Below, one piece after another: positions 58,549 through 64,000 of a stretch of 64,000 nt of DNA; the stretch's first letter is position 1; each line of letters starts with the position of its first letter. The translations under genes were made by a program, and so were the position numbers. The notes beneath the pieces are model-generated. The model made no database searches. It was not told the DNA's origin and saw only the letters and a list, made by a program, of their open reading frames with translations. The stretch is from Phycisphaeraceae bacterium (GTDB lineage Bacteria; Planctomycetota; Phycisphaerae; Phycisphaerales; Zrk34). The stretch is taken from NCBI GenBank assembly GCA_040905565.1, contig JBBDRF010000086.1, positions 1 through 64,000 of the forward strand, read 5' to 3'.

Positions 58549-59946
58549 TCAGCGATGACCCGGGGTGGCGTGCGTTGAATCTTCAGCCTCGTCCTCAATC
58601 CCGAGATCGAGTTCAATCTGCTCCAGCGGGCGGCCTTTGGTCTCGGGCACCATCAGTGCCACCCACACCAGTTGCAGCACCATCATGAAGCAGAAGAACA
58701 GGAAGACGTAGCCGGGTGCGAAGGCGCTCACCATCGACGGGAAGAACAGCGTCAGCAACGCGGCGAAAACCCAGTGCGTTGAGCTGCCGAGCGCCTGCCC
58801 GCCGGCCCGATGGCGGTTGGGGAAGATCTCGGAGATGAAGACCCAGATCACGGCACCCTGGCCCACGGCATGGGCAGCGATGAACGCGAAGATGCAGATC
58901 GGCACGATGGCGAACGTCTCGGTGAAGAACGCCCATGCGACGAGGCCCAGCGACGCGATGTAGCCGACCGACCCGATGTAAAGCAGCGTGCGACGGCCGA
59001 TGCGGTCGATCAGCCACAGGCCCAGGAACGTGAACAGCAGGTTCGTCACCCCGATGCCGACGGACTGCAGCAAAGCCGCCCGCTCTCCCAGACCAGTCAT
59101 CTCAAAAATGCGCGGCGCAAAATACAGCACCGCGTTGATGCCCGAAAGCTGATTGAAGAAGGCGATCAAAAACGCCAGCATGATCGGCACCTTCAGCCGG
59201 CGGCTCCAGAAAGGTGCGGTGCTGGCCTTGGCGTGCGCGACGGCGGCCACTTCCTCGACCTTCGCGTCGATCTGAGCATCAGAAAGCTCCGGCTGAATGC
59301 GTGCGAAGGTCTTGCTCGCTGCGCTGCGTGCGTTCCTTTTGCCGATGAGCCAGCGTGGGCTTTCGGGAATCAACAGGCAGAAGACGGTGAAGATGATAGC
59401 GGGGAATGCTTCGACGCCGAGCATCCATCGCCAGGCGTTTTCGCCGCCGACCGTGGCGAGCAATGCGTTGGAGGCGAAGGCGATGAGGATGCCGAGGACG
59501 ATGTTGAACTGGAACATGCCGGTGAGTCGGCCGCGGAGTTTCGCCGGTGCGATCTCGGAGATGTAAAGCGGCGCAGCGACGGTGGAGATGCCGATCGCCA
59601 GCCCCCCGATGAACCGCGAGACCATGAACGTGACCGGATCAGTCGCGAGCGCCGAGCCGATGGCTGAGACCACGTACAGCACGCCGATGGAAAGCAGCGT
59701 CTTCTGCCTGCCGAAGCGGTCCGTCGGTGAAGCGCCGACCAGCGCGCCGAGCACGGTGCCCCAAAGGGCGATGCTCATCGCCAGGCCATGCATCTTGTCC
59801 CCGAGTTGCCAAAGGGACTGAATCGTCTGCTCCGCGCCGGAAATCACCACGGTGTCGAACCCGAAGAGGAAGCCTCCCATCGCGGCGACGACCGCACATC
59901 GGAAGACATAACCGTTCGACGCAAGGCGGGGCGAAGCATCACTCAT
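58549..59946 (-). CDS. Sugar porter family MFS transporter
   Basis: GGFLFGFDT, DRFGR, PESPRWL, QLSGIN, PETKG. Confidence 0.95.
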   Translation of the reverse strand: MSDASPRLASNGYVFRCAVVAAMGGFLFGFDTVVISGAEQTIQSLWQLGDKMHGLAMSIALWGTVLGALVGASPTDRFGRQKTLLSIGVLYVVSAIGSALATDPVTFMVSRFIGGLAIGISTVAAPLYISEIAPAKLRGRLTGMFQFNIVLGILIAFASNALLATVGGENAWRWMLGVEAFPAIIFTVFCLLIPESPRWLIGKRNARSAASKTFARIQPELSDAQIDAKVEEVAAVAHAKASTAPFWSRRLKVPIMLAFLIAFFNQLSGINAVLYFAPRIFEMTGLGERAALLQSVGIGVTNLLFTFLGLWLIDRIGRRTLLYIGSVGYIASLGLVAWAFFTETFAIVPICIFAFIAAHAVGQGAVIWVFISEIFPNRHRAGGQALGSSTHWVFAALLTLFFPSMVSAFAPGYVFLFFCFMMVLQLVWVALMVPETKGRPLEQIELDLGIEDEAEDSTHATPGHR

Positions 59947-59992
59947 ATTGGGGGTCCGTCAGTCAAAGGTATCGGCGAATGTAGAGGTGTCC

Positions 59993-60170
59993 TTAGTTGT
60001 CCGCGCCGGCTTCGAGCGGCACTTTGGGGATCGCGTTCTCCAGTTCCGGCCAAGTCGAACGGATCTGCCAGGCATCGAACGACTGCAACTGCACATCGTT
60101 TTCGGTTGCGAAGACGGAGACGCCCAAGCTGTTTTCCCGGGTCGGATAAGTCCTCAGCGAAAGGGCTTGC
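59993..60170 (-). pseudogene. C-terminal fragment of a GH32-like glycosidase
   Basis: QALSLRTYPTRENSLGVSVFA...LQSFDAWQI resembles the GH32 beta-sandwich C-terminus. Confidence 0.5.
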
Positions 60171-60250
60171 GCGTCGCGTCGCAAAGTTGTTTTGTGCTGG
60201 GGTCGGTTGGAGATGTGCCCAGGCCGCCGCCCCAGTTCGGCTGTGCGCCA

Positions 60251-60967
60251 TTATTCAGCCGTGGCCCAGTGGATGGCGTTGAGAAGCATTCGGATGAAGC
60301 TTGGGTTCTCGAAATCGTGGGGCATGCCAAGCGAAGTGTAGAAGGCTTTGCCGCTGTCGCCGTAGTGGTTGGTCCAGGCGAGTGGTTGATCGAGGTCGCT
60401 GCGTTCGCCGATGCCGCGGATCAGCACGTCAGTCTTCGGGCCGAGTTCGCGATTGAGGTAGATTTTGCCCGGCCGCTTCCATGGCTGGACGCCGGCGAGA
60501 ACAGGATGGCCCTCGGCATCGTCGGGGACGGAAAGCGTCACCGGCTCATTGTCGCCGTGGCCGGCGTAGTCGCCGCCGAAGATCTCAGCATCCATTTCAG
60601 GATAACCTTCAAACGCGTGGCTGGAGGTGCGGATGCCGATGGCGGGCTTCTCGGCTTCGAAGTGTTCGAGGAGGTACTGAAGCTGCTGGTCGGGCAGCAC
60701 CATTCGGCGCGTGAAGATGATCAGAAGGTCGGCATCGGCGAGGGCCTCGATATTGGGCAGATCGTCACCGGCGTCGTCGCCCCAGGAGGCGGTGACCGTC
60801 ACGTCACGCTCCTTGAGCAACTGCTGGAACTGCCGTAGTGAAGCTTCGGATTGATACTCCTTCGATCCCGAAATCATGTGAACGTGCAGATTGTCCTCGG
60901 CGACAGCCGGGGCAGCGAACGCACTGGCCAGTAAGAAAACGCAGACGAAGCGGCAGAGGGCAGGCAT
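60251..60967 (-). CDS. Exported ThuA-like domain protein
   Basis: Signal peptide; GIRTSSHAF, P.AWT, FYTSLG. Confidence 0.85.
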   Translation of the reverse strand: MPALCRFVCVFLLASAFAAPAVAEDNLHVHMISGSKEYQSEASLRQFQQLLKERDVTVTASWGDDAGDDLPNIEALADADLLIIFTRRMVLPDQQLQYLLEHFEAEKPAIGIRTSSHAFEGYPEMDAEIFGGDYAGHGDNEPVTLSVPDDAEGHPVLAGVQPWKRPGKIYLNRELGPKTDVLIRGIGERSDLDQPLAWTNHYGDSGKAFYTSLGMPHDFENPSFIRMLLNAIHWATAE

Positions 60968-61009
60968 ACAAAAGATCCTGAGTTGATGGGCGGAAACGGC
61001 TTGATCGCG

Positions 61010-62071
61010 CTAGTGAGCCTGCAGTTGCAGAACGGCATCGGCGAAGGCCTGGCCGGCACGTTTGAAAAAGACGACGCTGCCGAGGTAGTGATAGGGACGA
61101 TCGGAGCCGACCGTTTTCCACTCTTCAAGGTTCTCCTGCCAACCGCGGCGGAAGACCTCGTCGGCGCGCATGTCCCAAAGGACATCGGTCGGCACCAGCG
61201 TGACGTCCCCCTTGAATTCCGACATGGCTGCAGCCTCAGCCTGGGCCTCTTTGAATCGCACCACATTGTCGCCCGGGTCGGGCCCACCGACGCCGAGCTG
61301 GCCGATGACGAACGGAAGGCTGGGACGCTCGAGATCACGACGCACATCGCGGATGAAGTGTGCCATGTTGTCGGCGTATTCGGCCGTGGCCTCGGCGTTG
61401 ATCATGTCGTTGAAGCCCTGGAACCAGACGAAGCCGGCGATCTCGTAACCCTGCCCCTGATAGCTGGGGAAGTGGTCCTCCAGATTCGTGAGTGTCGCCT
61501 GCACTTCCTGGAGCATATTGCGGTAGGAGAGGCCGAAGCGTGCTTTGATATCGTCAAGCGTCGGCTTCGGCTGGTTCCGCTGCTGAGCTTGCGCGACGGC
61601 TTGTTCGTGCATGCGGGTGAGGACGGCATCGTCAGGCAGGCCCGCCGAGGGGGGACGGAAGTTCTGGTAGAGACTGTGGCCGCCCCACGCGGTTTTGATC
61701 AGCAACACCTGTTCGTCGTGATGGTCGCCGATGGCATGGCCGAACTGCAGCTCGGGGCCGATCTTGCCACGCGCTCCGAAGCCGGGCGTGAGGGGGCCCT
61801 TGCGGTCGCCGAACTTGATCCAGACATCCTCGCGCTCGACCCATTCGCCTTCGTTGTGCAGATGGGCGAACTTCTCGCGGGTGTGCTCGTCGTGGATCTG
61901 GTGCTCCAGAAGCGACACGGCTGCATGGCCGACCATGTTCGACTGCCCTGCGAGGATGTAGACCTTAACCGGTGCGGGCGACTCGGCCTGCGTTGACTGT
62001 CCCAAGCTGCCGACGAGCAGGATGACGACCAGGATCTGCAGCAGGTTCGGAATGCGGTGCGCACTTAACAT
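61010..62071 (-). CDS. Sialate O-acetylesterase-like SGNH hydrolase
   Basis: AGQSNM, GPE..FG, WFQG.ND, YHY. Confidence 0.88.
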   Translation of the reverse strand: MLSAHRIPNLLQILVVILLVGSLGQSTQAESPAPVKVYILAGQSNMVGHAAVSLLEHQIHDEHTREKFAHLHNEGEWVEREDVWIKFGDRKGPLTPGFGARGKIGPELQFGHAIGDHHDEQVLLIKTAWGGHSLYQNFRPPSAGLPDDAVLTRMHEQAVAQAQQRNQPKPTLDDIKARFGLSYRNMLQEVQATLTNLEDHFPSYQGQGYEIAGFVWFQGFNDMINAEATAEYADNMAHFIRDVRRDLERPSLPFVIGQLGVGGPDPGDNVVRFKEAQAEAAAMSEFKGDVTLVPTDVLWDMRADEVFRRGWQENLEEWKTVGSDRPYHYLGSVVFFKRAGQAFADAVLQLQAH

Positions 62072-62333
62072 AGGTCCACCTCATATCATGTCACGAACAG
62101 AAGCGATAACGACTTAACGATAGCTTCATCAACGTGTACCTTCGCACCCGGAATATGTCCATACATAAGCGTCGATTTTATCCTGACGCGCTTTGCCGAA
62201 AGTGACACGGCACTTGCGCAAAATGGCACTGGCAGGTGCTGACGGGTGCTACTAAAGTGACGATCTCCACGACGCTATGGATGAGGTTTTTGTGACCGCA
62301 CCTTCAAGTCAGCACTTACCTGCAGGACGGAAT

Positions 62334-64000
62334 ATGACCCAACAAATGATGCGCAAACCGTCTGTAATCGCCGGCACTGTCGCCCTGCTGATTGGACTGA
62401 CAGCATGGTGCGGGACTGCTGCTGCTCAAGGCCCGGCCGTCGAGCTGGATCACGATCGCGCGAAGGGCACGATCGACGTGCACATCGGCGGTGAGCTTTT
62501 TACCACCTACCACTATGGGCGAGTTGATGGTGGGCACTTCCGCACGCCGATGCTTTGGCCGGTGATGGGCGAAGGCGGCGTCGGCCTCACGCGCAACTAT
62601 CCGATGGCTGAGGATGCGATCGAAGACGCGGACCATCCGCACCATCGCTCGCTGTTTTTCCTCTTCGGCGACGTCAACGGCTACGACCACTGGCACAAGG
62701 AAACCATCGCCACGCGGCGCGTCGAGACCGGCGAGGGCGACGGCTATGCGTGGATCCGCTCGTACAACGATTGGCTTGACAGTGAAGGCGAGCCGGTGGT
62801 TCGGGAGGTTCAGGAACTGCGCTTCAACGAGCACGCAGCATCGGGCCGGCGGATCGATCTGATCACGCGGTTCGAGGCCGACTACGGGCCCGTGACATTC
62901 GACGACTATAAAGAAGGGCTCATGGGGCTGCGCATTCGGCCTGAGCTCCGAGGAGAAGCCGACGGCGTGCTGACCAACGCACGCGGCGAACAGGGAGAGC
63001 GTGCGGTGTACGGCGAGCCCGCGGCGTGGATGGATTACGCCGGGCCGCTTGAAGGCCACGGATGGCGCGGCATCGCAATCTTCGACCATCCCGACAACTT
63101 CCGCCAGGGCTACTGGCACGCGCGCGACTACGGCCTTCTCGCGCTCAACCCCTTCAGCCGACAGGGCGTCGGCGGCCGCGATGAGAGCGGCAGCTACACG
63201 CTGGAAGAGGACGAGACGCTGACGCTTCGTTACGCGTGGTACATCCACTCAGGAAATCATGAAGAGGCCGACCTGGCGGGCGCCCACCAGCGATTTGTCG
63301 AGGAAGTGCAGGCGGACGACGGCGAACGCCCCGTGCGGGCACTGCTCGTCACCGGCGGCGGCTGGCACGACTATGAGGCCCAGCACAAGATCATCACCAA
63401 AGGCCTCGGCGAGCGGATGGACATCGAATGGACGGTCGAGATGGAGGCGGGCGACCAGCCGAACGTTGTGCCGAGTCGGTTCGATGACGAGAACTGGATC
63501 GAGGGGTTCGACATCGTCGTTCACCATTTCAGCTACAGCCGGGTGGCGGCGGACGATCAGGCGGAACTGACCGAACGGCTGGCCGGTGCCCATCGCGATA
63601 CCGGGGTGCCGGCGGTGGTGATTCATGGGACGATGCACTTCGGCCGGGAGGTCGAGCAGTGGCACGATTTCACGGGCGTGGAGACAAGGCGTCACACCGA
63701 TAGCCGGCCGCGGGAGGTGCGGAACCTCGCACCGGAGCATGCGGCCATGCAGGGTTTCGGCGAAGCCTGGACGCCTCCGACTGTCGAGCTATACCTGGTG
63801 GAATCGCTGCGGGAGGGCGTGACGCCGCTGGCGGAGAGCTATGACGAGAGCGATGGGAAGGCGCACGTGGTCACGTGGACGCATCAGTACGGCGAGGCGC
63901 CGGTGTTCGGCACGACGCTCGGACACGTGAACGAAACGGTGGCGCATCCGAAGTTTCTGGACATGGTCGCGCACGGCATGCAGTGGGCATTGGAGAACGC
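62334..64000 (+). CDS. Exported DUF6807 (PmoA-family) + ThuA fusion, running off the window end
   Basis: Manual translation: signal peptide, LTRNYP, DHPHHRS, WHARDYG, then LLVTGG.WHDY...FGTTLGH. Confidence 0.8.
   Translation, partial: MTQQMMRKPSVIAGTVALLIGLTAWCGTAAAQGPAVELDHDRAKGTIDVHIGGELFTTYHYGRVDGGHFRTPMLWPVMGEGGVGLTRNYPMAEDAIEDADHPHHRSLFFLFGDVNGYDHWHKETIATRRVETGEGDGYAWIRSYNDWLDSEGEPVVREVQELRFNEHAASGRRIDLITRFEADYGPVTFDDYKEGLMGLRIRPELRGEADGVLTNARGEQGERAVYGEPAAWMDYAGPLEGHGWRGIAIFDHPDNFRQGYWHARDYGLLALNPFSRQGVGGRDESGSYTLEEDETLTLRYAWYIHSGNHEEADLAGAHQRFVEEVQADDGERPVRALLVTGGGWHDYEAQHKIITKGLGERMDIEWTVEMEAGDQPNVVPSRFDDENWIEGFDIVVHHFSYSRVAADDQAELTERLAGAHRDTGVPAVVIHGTMHFGREVEQWHDFTGVETRRHTDSRPREVRNLAPEHAAMQGFGEAWTPPTVELYLVESLREGVTPLAESYDESDGKAHVVTWTHQYGEAPVFGTTLGHVNETVAHPKFLDMVAHGMQWALEN

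Noticed and set aside
62334..64000. Methane monooxygenase
   Set aside because: The PmoA-family label refers to a soluble DUF6807 domain; no pMMO membrane topology or pmoCB

Overview
High-GC bacterial chromosome, most likely a planctomycete (Phycisphaerae-like; inferred from DUF1580, GYF_2, ThuA/DUF6807, sialate esterase genes and REP-like repeats). The backbone carries bamD-lptE-ftsH, a glycosyltransferase pair, trpF, an ABC ATPase, a rhomboid protease, an Ahb-like/Rieske/AKR operon with a divergent Rrf2 regulator, and sugar-use genes. Two tRNA-targeted integrated elements are present, each with exact att duplications. Island 1 (12525-23444, tRNA-Pro GGG, 44-bp repeat) looks like a phage satellite: integrase, Xis-like HTH, DUF3987 replication protein, an unannotated Ogr/Delta-like zinc finger, a lambda Nu1-like small terminase with a cos-like site upstream, and a short tape-measure-like gene, with no recognisable capsid, portal or TerL. 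An AbiV-like gene lies just outside its attR. Island 2 (29620-58315, tRNA-Ile GAT, 45-bp repeat) has an integrase, a wHTH regulator, DUF1580, an AAA_25 helicase with an iteron array, and three tandem small-terminase domains. It carries two cargo modules: (i) a membrane-spanning operon joining a Zn-finger TRAFAC GTPase and a GAP1-N2 protein to a GYF membrane protein and a MotA/TolQ/ExbB plus ExbD-like ion motor, which is the best candidate for an undescribed system; (ii) a type I R-M operon with a translationally coupled PIN nuclease and an HsdS bearing an antitoxin-like C-terminal extension. All family assignments come from motif recognition by eye; no database searches were run.
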